A stretch of DNA of 63,046 nt, counting the filler, from Aduncisulcus paluster (Eukaryota): the NCBI GenBank assembly GCA_024181965.1. It is 13 parts of 13 records of this genome, joined end to end, with 100 filler letters (N's around TTAATTAATTAA, not from the genome) between each part and the next. Parts side by side here need not be neighbours in the genome. Positions count along the whole stretch, not along the records: positions 11,968 to 39,812 come from BQXS01012050.1; 12 more parts are not named here. One strand, written 5' to 3'. A program made the position numbers and the translations under genes. Below the pieces are notes generated by a model. That model was not told the DNA's origin and searched no databases. It saw nothing but the letters and a program-made list of their open reading frames with translations. Below, piece by piece: positions 27,122 to 37,988 of this stretch (position 1 is the stretch's first letter; the number at the start of each line of letters is the position of its first letter).

Positions 27122-27551
27122 GTTCTTCCAATATAAATATAATATTCAATTGGCTCTTTTTTCCATCTTATTCTCATAATTCACCGAATAAAATTAACTA
27201 CACTCCGTGCACTACACTCTAGTGGAGTCTACATATTTCAGTGGCTCCTGGGCAACAAACGCATTGTATCATTCAACAAAATAATCCAGATCAAAGTAAG
27301 TTTCATCCCAAACATTATTTGTCAGCTAGCTGCTTGTTACTAGCAGACAACTTGTCTGTAGAAAAAATAATTCATTAATCCAGGGTATATCGCTTTAAGG
27401 ACAAATATACGTAAAATCTTCCTCATCCTCTCGTTATTTTCCATGTTTTTGCTAGGGGTAGGAGGAATCTTGTGGGCAATTTCCCTCAATTATGAGGAGC
27501 AATTAGGAATAAATTCAAGTCATCGAAAGCACTTTTGATCACGTGAAAAAA

Positions 27552-28678
27552 ATGTTCGATCTTTTGACTTTACTCAAAAATAGTCTTGCTACCGTGGTAA
27601 AAGCCACAAAAATTGTTCGGAAAGTGATGCAGTATGTCATGTTCTACTAGATAGTATCTATCAATCCTTCAGGGATCGTCATTTTGATCTTATGTCAATA
27701 TCTATTTACAATTCTTTTGTTTTTGAATATTTACAATGGAATTTAACGTTTTAATTTGATATTATTCAAAGCTCTGGAGAATTCGGAGAGGTTTCAAAAT
27801 CGGATGGTACACCAGTTACTATTGCTGATCGTGCTGTACAATATATAATTGAATCCGAAACAAGAGCAGTTTTCCCAAATATTTTTATTGTTGGGGAAGA
27901 GGGCAAAATTACGAAAGAATCTATCTTACCTTCACTTTTGGAAGATTCCGATACCTTTGGTTTTCCGACAAGTGTTTTTGATCAAGCTGAATTGCTTGTA
28001 AGAACATCATTCGTGGATCCATCTCTCTCGATTGGACTTCGTGAAGAAGATCTCACAATGTACATTGATCCCATCGATGCTACGTGGTCCTTTGTCCATG
28101 GCGACCACAAGGAAGTTTCTGTTCTCTGTGGAGTATGTAATAAGGCTGGTGTTCCGCTTTTTGGAATCGTCTGTTTCCCTTTCAGAGGGGATGATCTGGA
28201 CAAATGTTTGTTTTATGGTGGAAGAGCCATTGGTGTGAGTCCTTCTGTCCTTAAAGAACGTAGATTCAATGGGGAACGTGAGGATATATTTAAGAATGAT
28301 CGTCTTCTTCGTCCGCTCCTTTGTAGCTCATCCGGATATTACTATAGACCGCATGAAGACCCTTTGATGATCTCTTTATCGGAACATTTTGAAACAAAGA
28401 TTATTAAACTAGGTGGGGCTGGTGCAAAAATGCATTCGATCTTCAGTCTACAAAGTGACATATATTTCTATCCATGGAGTACCACTAATTTTTGGGATAC
28501 GTGTGCTGGTCAAGCCATCGTTGAGGGTGCGGGAGGCATTGTCACGGATAAATTTGGTAAAGTAATTGTATATCCTCGTGGAATCGTCCCTCAAAACAAG
28601 GATGGTTTGATTGGGTTTACAAAGTGTGAGATATATGAAACACTCAAAAAGTTACACATTTTCCCGAAGAAGAAGTGA
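27552..28678 (+). CDS. Inositol monophosphatase-family phosphatase (BPNT1/INPP1/CysQ-like); exons 27552-27631, 27772-28678
   Basis: KSDGTPVTIAD, GEE, IDPIDAT, GGAG.K and WDTCAG motifs; GTATGT..AAG intron 27632-27771 restores the frame. Confidence 0.9.
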
Positions 28679-29139
28679 GGATTTGTGATGTCAAACCTAA
28701 GGTTTTCAATCAATGTCATTGAATGATATGTTCACCTATTTTCCACGTAATTTATTATGGCTAACTGGTCCAAATTAGAATATTTCTCTCTTAAAATGTC
28801 ACTGATTGCGGCGTTGTCCGATGTTTTTGAATGACATTCAATGAATGTACTACAGTAGTACTATGCATCATAGTGATGATCACTGACAAAATATTCCTTT
28901 GGTTGTGCCTAATTATATGTTTCTTATCTTTATTTATGCTTGTTTTGCATGTCTTCCTGCTACGGTCCGACCGGCAATTCGATAATAAAGTTCATGCATT
29001 TTATCCATAATTTATTGAGTTGAATCAAACCAATTCCCAAAACAATAGATATTGGAGGTCATTTTTATGTCCAATTTTTATTCTAATATAATGAATCAAC
29101 CTCCAGAACGAATATTTTGTTTTGATGCATCAATGAGAA

Positions 29140-32100
29140 ATGTCCCGATCTATTTTGCAAGTAATTAAAGGTGAGGCTGCAGTGGGATATCCAGTACAAA
29201 CTATATTAAAGGGGGACGCAAGGTGTTTAGGGTGGAGATCTCCAAAGAATCCTATCTATCCAATTGAACTTATTTTTAAGCTTGAAATGCCTTGTGCCGT
29301 GGAAAAATTAATTTTAGTAAGTCATGAAAGGTTAATATCACGTAAAATTGAGGTATATATTGGGCGATATCAATCATCTGGTTCTGGAGCGGGTCCTTCT
29401 GCAAAAGGAACCACTATCTTTGATCGACTCGGATATTTGACATTCCATTCTAACCAAAATAACCTCAAACATCGTGAGAAAATATCTTGTGATATTAAAC
29501 GAGTTGTTTCTTTTATTCGACTTCTTGTTCATGAAAATTATTCTTCGGATAAGAATGCTTATAATCAAGTTGGGATTGCTATGTTAGAAATTACTACTTC
29601 TGATAAAATTCGTCCTCGTACGGCAACTTCTAGTCGAGGCAGTTTAATTCCCCATTCAAAGGAGAGTGTTACTCAATCTCAAACAATATCGACATCATCA
29701 TTAAGTAAGCCAACATTTTTATCACCTGTTTCTTCAATTCCTCAGACCGTTCGAGCAGTTCTTCAAAAAGCCACACAAATTACGATTTTCCAAAAACAAG
29801 AGGCCGCAAAAAATGAGGATTATTTTCACGCTGCAAAGATGAAACGAGCAGAAACTCAATTATCCATGATTATTGGTGCTCTAACTGAGCTTGTCCAGAA
29901 GAAAGATAAGTTTGTGAAAGAAGAGGCCTTCCTTCCTGCTCAGGAGCTCAAAATGGAGATAACTAAACTCATTTCATACATTGGTGACAACCCTGAAGAG
30001 TTGTTAAAGAAGTTGACTGCCTCGTTTGGTTCAAAGAAAAAATCTGAGAGGGGGAAACGACAGAATGCTAAGAGAAAGAAGATAGCCAAAGCACGACACA
30101 TTGAAGAACGATCATCAAAGGATGATTCTTCAGTTGATGAAGAGGAAGAGGAGTCCTCTTTTGAGGCTGACTCCGTTGAAGATTCTATTGAGGAAGAAAA
30201 ACATGACAAAAAAGACCCCAGAAAAAAGAGGAAAGCAAACGATCAAAATGTCGTAAAATTGGGAAGAAAAGCAAGAGTTAAAGTTGAGGAAGATAGACCA
30301 ATTCCCACACTCCAGAATAAGAAGAATTCTCAACCCACCATTGAAGAAGATCTATTTTTAGAACCTTCTGAGAAAGTATTATCTCCAGCTGAGGAATCTG
30401 CTGCAAAAAAGAAAGCTGCTGAACTTGCTGCCAAAAAGAAAAAACATGAAGAAGAGATGCGTAAGATGCAGGAAGAGATGGATCAATGGAGGCAACAACA
30501 AGAGTCAGGTTCTGCAGCTCCAAGTGTATCGTCTGATCAGCAGGAACTCGATGAATGGCAGATGAAAATTAAACAGCGTCAAGAAGAGAGAGCGGCGGAG
30601 AAGAAGAGGAAAGCTGATGCTGACAAACAGAAACGGGAAGCAGAGGCTGAGAAACGCAAGGCAAAGATACAGAACAAATATGGAAAGCCGAAACCATTTT
30701 CAAAAAAGAACTCATCCGAGTCACAAACTAAGAATCCCTCTGATATACCTGTCTCTAATCCAAATAGTGGTACTTCTAAGCTAAGTAAGATTGAAATATC
30801 ATCTACAAGTGGAACAAAGCACGTAGTATCTGTGACAGCCTCAGATCCTGCTTCCTTGTTTACTGCTCTTCTCGAAGCTTCGGAAGATGTTGACTCGATT
30901 GATATTCCTTCGAGAATCAAATCAACCAAACAATTCAATGAGATGATATCCAATGGTATTGATGAGCGTGCTGCTGGGTGCATTATGGAAAGTAGGAAAC
31001 CCTATAGAGACCTTGCAATTGAATACTTTAAGTCATTGGTGTCTCTTTGTGCTGATCCTGATTCAAGCTTTAAGTTCAGTTCACACAGAGCCGTGGAACA
31101 AATGTTCTTGGCCCTTGAATCAATGACTCATGTGAAAAGTCCACTCCCACTTCAGGATATTCCCCAATGTGTGGATATTGCTGTTGCTGGCTGTCCAGAG
31201 TCTTTTATGGATCCAAGAGGCACTTCTTTCCCTCAATGTGTCACAAATCTCATTGATTCCCTTCTTATCCGTTGTAGTGAGATGCAGAAAGCCTCACAGA
31301 AGCATGCAAGAACCGCTATCGTTGAGATTTGTCGTCTCAGCAAACCAATATCACATGCTCTCGCAACTCGTTTAAGTGTAATTAGTGCCCTTGAAGTCTC
31401 AAAAAAGATACAGGGTATGGCCAGAAGACAGAAATTGGATAAACTTCGGATGCATCGATGTGATGTCGTGTGTGATGTTGTTCAGAATCAAGGAATATAC
31501 GGAAAAGATGTTGAAGAAGATGAATCGGTATCTGCTTTGGCACTCCCGATGGAGCCGCTTTTGGCCCTGATAAAGAAGATTTTTGCCACTGCACTCAATT
31601 CTGAAACCAAGAATAGTGCCATTTTCTTGCTTGCTGCCATGTATGGGCATGGATTGTCACCTTCTACAATTGTTCGCTCTATTACTGCAATCGATGGCGT
31701 TAATCAACATTTAAAGGGCAGTATCGTGGATGCTCTTGCAGTTATTGACAAAGAACAAGGAAGATCTCCCCGTATTGTATTTACGAATGGAGAAATGGAA
31801 GTTTTTGATCCTCGGAGACAGGCAATGAGTCATTATAAGAAATCTGATTTTGTTGATGATAAGGATTTGGCACACTCTGCTCTTGCTGAAGTTCACCGTC
31901 ACACTGTTGAAAGGGAACAGAAAAAGAGTGGGAAAAAACCTCAAAAAGTAGAAATGGAGAGAGAAGTGAGTGTATGTGAGTTTTGTGGCTGGGTGACACC
32001 TGATGGCACTCCCAAAGAAGCTCTCGAATCCACTGTGCATCATCACATTGCCAAGGATTGTCCCCTGTGTACTGTATGTCCACTGTGTAATACAATCGTT

Positions 32101-32391
32101 GAGATCCCCTGTATGTTTGAGCATGTGATGGAAGAATGTCCAGCTAATCTTCCTGATAAGGACGGAAGTCAGAAATTCGTCCAATGTGAACAATGTTCCC
32201 TTGTGTTTCGAAATGATGAGATAGAAGAGCATATGAAAGATTGTTCGACAATTTTGAAGGAAGGTGAGTTTTTATGTCCTCTTTGCCATGACATTATCCC
32301 TGATGATGAAAAGGAACTATTCAATCACTATGTTGCCTATCCTGGGTGCTCTAGAAATCCTAGAATGCCAATGAGGGAAAAGTTTACCTAA
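29140..32391 (+). CDS. CEP104: Centrosomal/ciliary protein CEP104
   Basis: N-terminal jelly-roll (GWRS..YPIEL, SH..ISRKIE, RLGY, N.YNQV), UVR-like coiled coil, TOG-like helical region and C-terminal Zn fingers (CEFCG, H..KDCP.C..CP.C). Confidence 0.9.
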   Translation: MSRSILQVIKGEAAVGYPVQTILKGDARCLGWRSPKNPIYPIELIFKLEMPCAVEKLILVSHERLISRKIEVYIGRYQSSGSGAGPSAKGTTIFDRLGYLTFHSNQNNLKHREKISCDIKRVVSFIRLLVHENYSSDKNAYNQVGIAMLEITTSDKIRPRTATSSRGSLIPHSKESVTQSQTISTSSLSKPTFLSPVSSIPQTVRAVLQKATQITIFQKQEAAKNEDYFHAAKMKRAETQLSMIIGALTELVQKKDKFVKEEAFLPAQELKMEITKLISYIGDNPEELLKKLTASFGSKKKSERGKRQNAKRKKIAKARHIEERSSKDDSSVDEEEEESSFEADSVEDSIEEEKHDKKDPRKKRKANDQNVVKLGRKARVKVEEDRPIPTLQNKKNSQPTIEEDLFLEPSEKVLSPAEESAAKKKAAELAAKKKKHEEEMRKMQEEMDQWRQQQESGSAAPSVSSDQQELDEWQMKIKQRQEERAAEKKRKADADKQKREAEAEKRKAKIQNKYGKPKPFSKKNSSESQTKNPSDIPVSNPNSGTSKLSKIEISSTSGTKHVVSVTASDPASLFTALLEASEDVDSIDIPSRIKSTKQFNEMISNGIDERAAGCIMESRKPYRDLAIEYFKSLVSLCADPDSSFKFSSHRAVEQMFLALESMTHVKSPLPLQDIPQCVDIAVAGCPESFMDPRGTSFPQCVTNLIDSLLIRCSEMQKASQKHARTAIVEICRLSKPISHALATRLSVISALEVSKKIQGMARRQKLDKLRMHRCDVVCDVVQNQGIYGKDVEEDESVSALALPMEPLLALIKKIFATALNSETKNSAIFLLAAMYGHGLSPSTIVRSITAIDGVNQHLKGSIVDALAVIDKEQGRSPRIVFTNGEMEVFDPRRQAMSHYKKSDFVDDKDLAHSALAEVHRHTVEREQKKSGKKPQKVEMEREVSVCEFCGWVTPDGTPKEALESTVHHHIAKDCPLCTVCPLCNTIVEIPCMFEHVMEECPANLPDKDGSQKFVQCEQCSLVFRNDEIEEHMKDCSTILKEGEFLCPLCHDIIPDDEKELFNHYVAYPGCSRNPRMPMREKFT

Positions 32392-32657
32392 TTGATTCCT
32401 CTCAAACTACTTACATTCAAAATTTAAATAATTTAAATTGGCCTCTGGGAGTTTGTCATTTGAAAAATACCAGTATCAGATGCTGAGTATCTGAATTCGA
32501 GATTGTTCGATTCGAACCTCGATTTTTTGAATCGATTTTCACGAAAGGTCAAAAAAAATAAAAAATAATAAATTTTATTAATTTTCAAAATTTATGTCGT
32601 CTTTTTTCTCAGATTATCTACTCAGATTATGCCACACTGATAGTATTTCGCCCATTT

Positions 32658-34100
32658 TCATTCTTTTTTCACTTCTAAATCTCCAATAATAAGACTCAAT
32701 CCCTCCATTTCTTCCAAATGTCTTGTGATGGAATCAAGATCCAAATAACACTTTTTTGGTTTTTGGAATTGTAACAACCACTGTTGCAACGTCTTTGACT
32801 CCCGTGATATTCGTGCTAACAGGGAAGATTCCAGGGGAATTTCATCATCATCATCTCCCTCTTCACTTTTAGACTCATCTCCAACGTTCATTAAGAGTAG
32901 ATCTTTCATTTTCTTCCTCTCTTCCTGAATATTTTGAATAAATTTACACATTTTAGCATCAAAAATACCAGCCATCTCTTTCGATTCGAAGATGGTTGTC
33001 ATTTCTGTCGAGTATTCTCTTAGTTTTGCGGAAATTATTGTCATATCTCCACTTATGACTCGCAATTCATCTCTTTTCTGCTCTAACATTCTGGCTTGCT
33101 CGCGTTGAAACAAACGAGCTTGTTCCATAAGTTGATCTTCTTTTCTTTTCAATTTGTCCCGAATCTCTGAAAAACTTTCTTGAATTGCATCAACGACAGC
33201 CTCAGTTCCATCCTTTACATCTTGTAAAAAGGAACACACCGAGTGAAATGACCTGGTAATGTCTTTTTCTGTTTGTTGTATTTTCTCTTGCATAACTTCA
33301 GCTTTTTCTTGCAGAATTGGAAATGCTTCTCGTAGAGTCCTAAGAGAATGATTTTTATGTGAATAGATTCCACACATTATGCAACATGGCTCCTGACAAT
33401 CTTCACAGAACATAGAAAAACAATATGAAGGGTGGTCAGGACAAAATAGGGGTGGAACGTAAAGGTAAGATTTAACACGAACATGACGTGACATTAATGG
33501 GTTTGTTGAGGGATGATACTTTAAATCACAATGAGAACAGAAATATCCCTGACAATTCTGACAATACACGGAACAATCCCTCGCTCCACAGCAATCACAC
33601 ATCGATCTCTTTGATAATTTGGATTCGGAGATTCCTAAAGGTGGTTCAGTGATGCGTGATATTGTGTTCTTAGTCGGTTTTTCAGGGGGCGACGAAGTTT
33701 GTGGATATGCTGGAGGAAGTTTCGAGAAAACAAGTCGTTTCCGATCTGATGTCGTCGTTGACAGCAAATGAATTGGGTTTTTAAGTTTTATATGATCAAA
33801 TTTCGGGGAATCATCGAAAACTGCCGATTCCATGGAATTAGCATTTTGGACAGACTCGGCAGGGCACTGGTCAATCTCGGAGTGTATTGGGGGAGATGCT
33901 TTATGTAAACTTTCGTGTTCATGAGATGTAGAAACTATAAGAGATATTTTCTCTCCCGTTTTAACAGGCTGATCATCCAAATCTTGGGGTTTGAGAGTTT
34001 CTGAAATATGAGTTGAAAGAAACGAAGATTTGCATTGGGACGTTAAATATGATGATCGAGATAATAGGGTATCAACTCTATCGAATAATTCTCGAGACAT
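32658..34100 (-). CDS. Tandem B-box zinc finger plus coiled-coil (TRIM-like) protein
   Basis: CDCC..YCQNC..YFCSHCDLKYH..H.R (B-box1), CPDH..FCEDC..CCIMC..HKNH (B-box2), then coiled coil. Confidence 0.88.
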   Translation of the reverse strand: MSRELFDRVDTLLSRSSYLTSQCKSSFLSTHISETLKPQDLDDQPVKTGEKISLIVSTSHEHESLHKASPPIHSEIDQCPAESVQNANSMESAVFDDSPKFDHIKLKNPIHLLSTTTSDRKRLVFSKLPPAYPQTSSPPEKPTKNTISRITEPPLGISESKLSKRSMCDCCGARDCSVYCQNCQGYFCSHCDLKYHPSTNPLMSRHVRVKSYLYVPPLFCPDHPSYCFSMFCEDCQEPCCIMCGIYSHKNHSLRTLREAFPILQEKAEVMQEKIQQTEKDITRSFHSVCSFLQDVKDGTEAVVDAIQESFSEIRDKLKRKEDQLMEQARLFQREQARMLEQKRDELRVISGDMTIISAKLREYSTEMTTIFESKEMAGIFDAKMCKFIQNIQEERKKMKDLLLMNVGDESKSEEGDDDDEIPLESSLLARISRESKTLQQWLLQFQKPKKCYLDLDSITRHLEEMEGLSLIIGDLEVKKE

Positions 34101-34452
34101 AAGGGAATATTTTGGAATATTAATAATATAGAATTTATACTCTCTAAATATGCGATATTTCTATCTTCTTTGAGAAAAACAAGAAAAATAAATAGAAATA
34201 TTTTTTAAGAATATCGTCAATCTTTGCAAATCGAAAAAAATAGTTAAAAAGTTTCTATCTTGTTGATTTTTGAATGAAATTAAAAACAAAATAGGAAAAT
34301 TTATACTAAATCATATAATAAATAACCAACCAGAAAGAAATTCCTTAATTCTTAGAAATCATAAACTTAGAAATAAATTGTAATTTTGAGTTGTTCAATT
34401 GAGTCATCTTGAAGATTAAATCAAGAAATAGTTGATAATATATTATAAAAAT

Positions 34453-35430
34453 ATGCAAGCGGCCCAAAGTATATTGTCTGATGGAGTGAAACCCTCTGGT
34501 CTTACTGGTGTTAAGAATATTATTGCTGTATCTTCAGGAAAAGGAGGAGTTGGAAAAGTACGAAATAATTTAATTTGATTTATTCATTATATTTCTTTTT
34601 CTTATTTTTTTTCTTTTGTATTATAGAGTTGTCTTACTGTGAATTTGGCATCATCTCTTCGAAAAAGTAATTTGAAGGTTGGTGTCTTTGATGCCGATAT
34701 CAGCGGACCTTCTATTCCATTTATGATGGGAACCGAAGATTTTACTCCAACAATGAATGAGGATCACCTTATTTCCCCTGCCACAACTGACGATGGGATT
34801 CTTGTATCATCTATGGGCATGATCGTTCCTCCAGAACAAGCTCTTGCTTGGCGTGGACCAATTCTCTCCTCTGCTGTCAATCAATTACTTAATGATACTG
34901 CTTGGGGAGATTTAGATGTCTTATTGGTTGATTGTCCTCCTGGAACTGGTGATGCTCAGCTTTCCCTTGGTCAAAGTGAGAAACTCAGTGGTGCTGTTGT
35001 TGTAACAACTCCTCATAGGATCGCCTGTCTTGATGCTCGTCGTGGAATTGAATTGTTAATGGAGATGGGAGTTCCCGTTCTTGGTCTTGTGGAGAACATG
35101 GCAACCATCATGTGTGATGAATGTGGCCATAAGCAAGAAATGGTTAAGGAAGTGAGTCTTGAAAAGGGAGAAGTGAGTGGTGCTCGCGTCGATACTCTCT
35201 CTAAAGAAACCGGAGTGCCTTTACTCGGTCAAATCGATTATCTGCCCGAATTGGCTGCTCTTGCTGATCGTGGTGTTACTGCTGTTCGCGCCCTTCATAT
35301 GCTTTCTGATAAAGACCACTCAAAGGCTTTGAAAGACAAAATCTCGAAGGTTGTTGAGTCCTACGATATTGTTGCTGGGAAAGTCAGAAAGAATTTAAAG
35401 GGCTTTGAGGATATGTTTTCAACGAAATAA
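34453..35430 (+). CDS. Mrp/ApbC/Ind1(NUBPL)-type Fe-S cluster carrier ATPase; exons 34453-34557, 34627-35430
   Basis: GTACGA..TAG intron 34558-34626 splits the P-loop SSGKGGVGK|S; DADISGPSIP, WRGP, VDCPPGTGD and ENM...CDECG motifs. Confidence 0.92.
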
Positions 35431-35566
35431 ATAAAAACTCGGATTACAATTTCACTGAAATTTATCACTGGTTATTAATATAGGGCAGATGATTATGTTG
35501 AGATTGATTTGATTGTAATTTAATAAATTTGTCATAACAATTGCACAGAAGAATTGTTAATTTCTT

Positions 35567-36043
35567 TTATTTTGCAGTTTCTACAAAAGCTTTATAACGC
35601 TGAACCAATAAATTAATGTCACGAATAATATAAGGAACTCGGGAAATCTCAGAATCATCAGTCCACACTTTGACCTTTTCACGGCCACGAAGGGAATTAG
35701 GTTGATTCAAAACCATTGTAACTTGAGAAACAACATTAAAAGATTTCATAGCTTTCTGAATATCCTTGGCTGGGACAGTTAAAACCCGCTTTCCACTATC
35801 AATTTCGAAGAGGACAACTTCCATTCTCGTATAATCGATTCTCAACAATCTCATGAGTTTTACACCAATAAAATTACGTAGTTTTGTCTATGAAATTGTA
35901 AATTTAATATTATTCTCAATAAAATGAAATAAAAACTCGAAAACACGTACCTTGTATTCTTTGGAAGTTTCTTCGTGATAATCGGGTCTTACATATTCAG
36001 ATGCTGATTCAAGATCAGCTCCACCAGTCATTCGAGCGAACAT
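35567..36043 (-). CDS. Small PH-like fold protein (137 aa); exons 36043-35951, 35887-35567
   Basis: GTACGT..TAG intron 35950-35888 joins in frame; YKTKLRNFIGVKLMRLLRID followed by beta strands and a terminal helix suggests a PH-like fold. Confidence 0.7.
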
Positions 36044-36230
36044 TATGAAAGAGATCTATTTGTTACAAAAAAACAGCGAGACTTTTTTTGGAATAATCTA
36101 AAACTCAAAGCAAATTATAGCAAGACAAATTGTGAATAATTAATTAACATGCAACAAAATATTTTATCCCACTCATTGATATATTTCACTTCTTATCCAT
36201 GTTCAACATAAACATGTGATTTTGAAGGAG

Positions 36231-37820
36231 ATGCCTGGAACCTATGTTATAGGATGTGTTAAAAATTATGATTGGGGAAAGCTTGCTCCAGAATCTGCAG
36301 CTGCTCTCTCTCTTCCAAAGGATCTTGTGAAGGAAGATTCTCGTGTTGCTGAAGTCTGGTATGGAACTCATAAGTCTTCTCCATCTTTTGCAAGCTCTTC
36401 TTTAACATCAGTACTTAGAGGAAAATTGCTTTTGGAGTCATCTGACAAAGAATTCAAGCAGGATCATTTGTTATCTTCCAAACTTCTTGAGATTGGTTGT
36501 CCTCCGAAATTACCTTATCTTGTTAAAATTCTTTCAGTGGCGCGTCCTCTTTCTCTTCAAGTTCATCCCAATTCTTTCTTTGCGAAGGAATTGTATGGGG
36601 ATTACTCTGATATTTTCCCAGACTCTAAATCGAAACCTGAGTGCGTTTATTCTTTAACAGATTTCTATTCTTTGACTGGATGGAAAACAAATGATCAAAT
36701 GATGAAGATGCTCGGACTTGATGATCAATTGACAAACATATTTGTCAAGCACCTTGGAAAGCGGTTTATTGATGTGATTCAACGTGAATATCCTGCTGAA
36801 TTGGATGCTATGTTCAATGATAATTCAGAAGATGAGGAAGAAAAAGCCACGGATGGAGAGAAACATGAAGAAAGTAGAGAAGAAGAGGATTCATCAGAGA
36901 AGCATACTGAATCATTATCTTTTATGTTTCCTGAGCCATCTTCATTGTCATTTTCGAAGGTTATGAATGATGTATCCTTTGAATTGGCTTCTCTTCTGCT
37001 CCCTCTTGATGACGATGAAATCCAGCCTTTAATGAGTGATATTATTGATTATTGTGCTAAAATTAACCTTATTCCCGAAGAATTAGTTAAAGAAAGTCTT
37101 ATATCCAAATCCAGTCTTGCTTCTCTCTTTTCTGCAGGTGGTCGTTTTGTTCCTTTCCCCCCAACATCACCAATGACCTCTGTCACGTGTTTACTTTCGC
37201 TTTTCGTGACTTTGTTTTCGCTTCACCCGAATGATCCTGCCTGTTTGTCTCCTTTCTTCCTTCAATATCGTCACCTTCCTCCTTTCACCCCTTTGTTCCT
37301 AGCTCCTCTGACGCCACATTTGCATGTGTATGGTGATGTATGTGAATGTATGAAGACCAGTGACAATGTTGTTCGGGGAGGCTGCACGAAGAAATGGGTT
37401 GATATGCAGCTATTTTTGGAAATGTGTGAGACCACAATTAGACGTGGTGAGAAAGAAGAGGAAGAGGAAGATATCGATGAAGAGGGTGGAAGAATGATGG
37501 TTGAAACTAAGAATGGATGGACAACAAACGCAATTTATTTTGAAGGTAGTGATATGATGTGTTACTTCATTAAAAAGTCAAAGCCTTTGTCCTCTGAAAA
37601 AATAGCATCAATAGGAGAAATAATTTGCGACTTACCTTCTCCTTGTGACCTCCAAGGACCAATTATGGTTTTGTCCCCTCATGCTCATAAAATTTGTGGT
37701 ATTAGTGGATGTTCTTGTCAAGAAATGGGAGAATGCATTGTTTGTAGAGATTTTGATGATGTTAAAGACATGAATTGTGAAGAAGAGGATGTTTTTATGG
37801 TTGTGGCGTTGTTGACCTAA
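36231..37820 (+). CDS. MPI: Mannose-6-phosphate isomerase, type I
   Basis: YDWGK, AEVWYGTH, LPYLVKILSV..PLSLQVHP, KPE, PH and ECM..SDNVVRGG; first in-frame ATG is 36231. Confidence 0.9.
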   Translation: MPGTYVIGCVKNYDWGKLAPESAAALSLPKDLVKEDSRVAEVWYGTHKSSPSFASSSLTSVLRGKLLLESSDKEFKQDHLLSSKLLEIGCPPKLPYLVKILSVARPLSLQVHPNSFFAKELYGDYSDIFPDSKSKPECVYSLTDFYSLTGWKTNDQMMKMLGLDDQLTNIFVKHLGKRFIDVIQREYPAELDAMFNDNSEDEEEKATDGEKHEESREEEDSSEKHTESLSFMFPEPSSLSFSKVMNDVSFELASLLLPLDDDEIQPLMSDIIDYCAKINLIPEELVKESLISKSSLASLFSAGGRFVPFPPTSPMTSVTCLLSLFVTLFSLHPNDPACLSPFFLQYRHLPPFTPLFLAPLTPHLHVYGDVCECMKTSDNVVRGGCTKKWVDMQLFLEMCETTIRRGEKEEEEEDIDEEGGRMMVETKNGWTTNAIYFEGSDMMCYFIKKSKPLSSEKIASIGEIICDLPSPCDLQGPIMVLSPHAHKICGISGCSCQEMGECIVCRDFDDVKDMNCEEEDVFMVVALLT

Positions 37821-37988
37821 AATATGATATAAAACTTGAAGTTATGAATTTATTATCGTTATAGATCACTTTATTATCACTTTATCTCCCAAGATATATG
37901 GTCAGAGCATAAAATAAAAACCAACAAAAAAATATGGCCTTTTGTCCGCATATTTCTCGGCCAATATAATTGAAATTATTAATTACAA

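Noticed and set aside
27195..27230. U2 snRNA suggested by GTGTAGT on the minus strand
   Set aside because: Lacks GUAGUA and the flanking U2 stem I/IIa sequences.
32470..32545. tRNA suggested by GTTCGATTC/GGTTCGAATC and small hairpins
   Set aside because: No acceptor stem, D-arm or anticodon arm.
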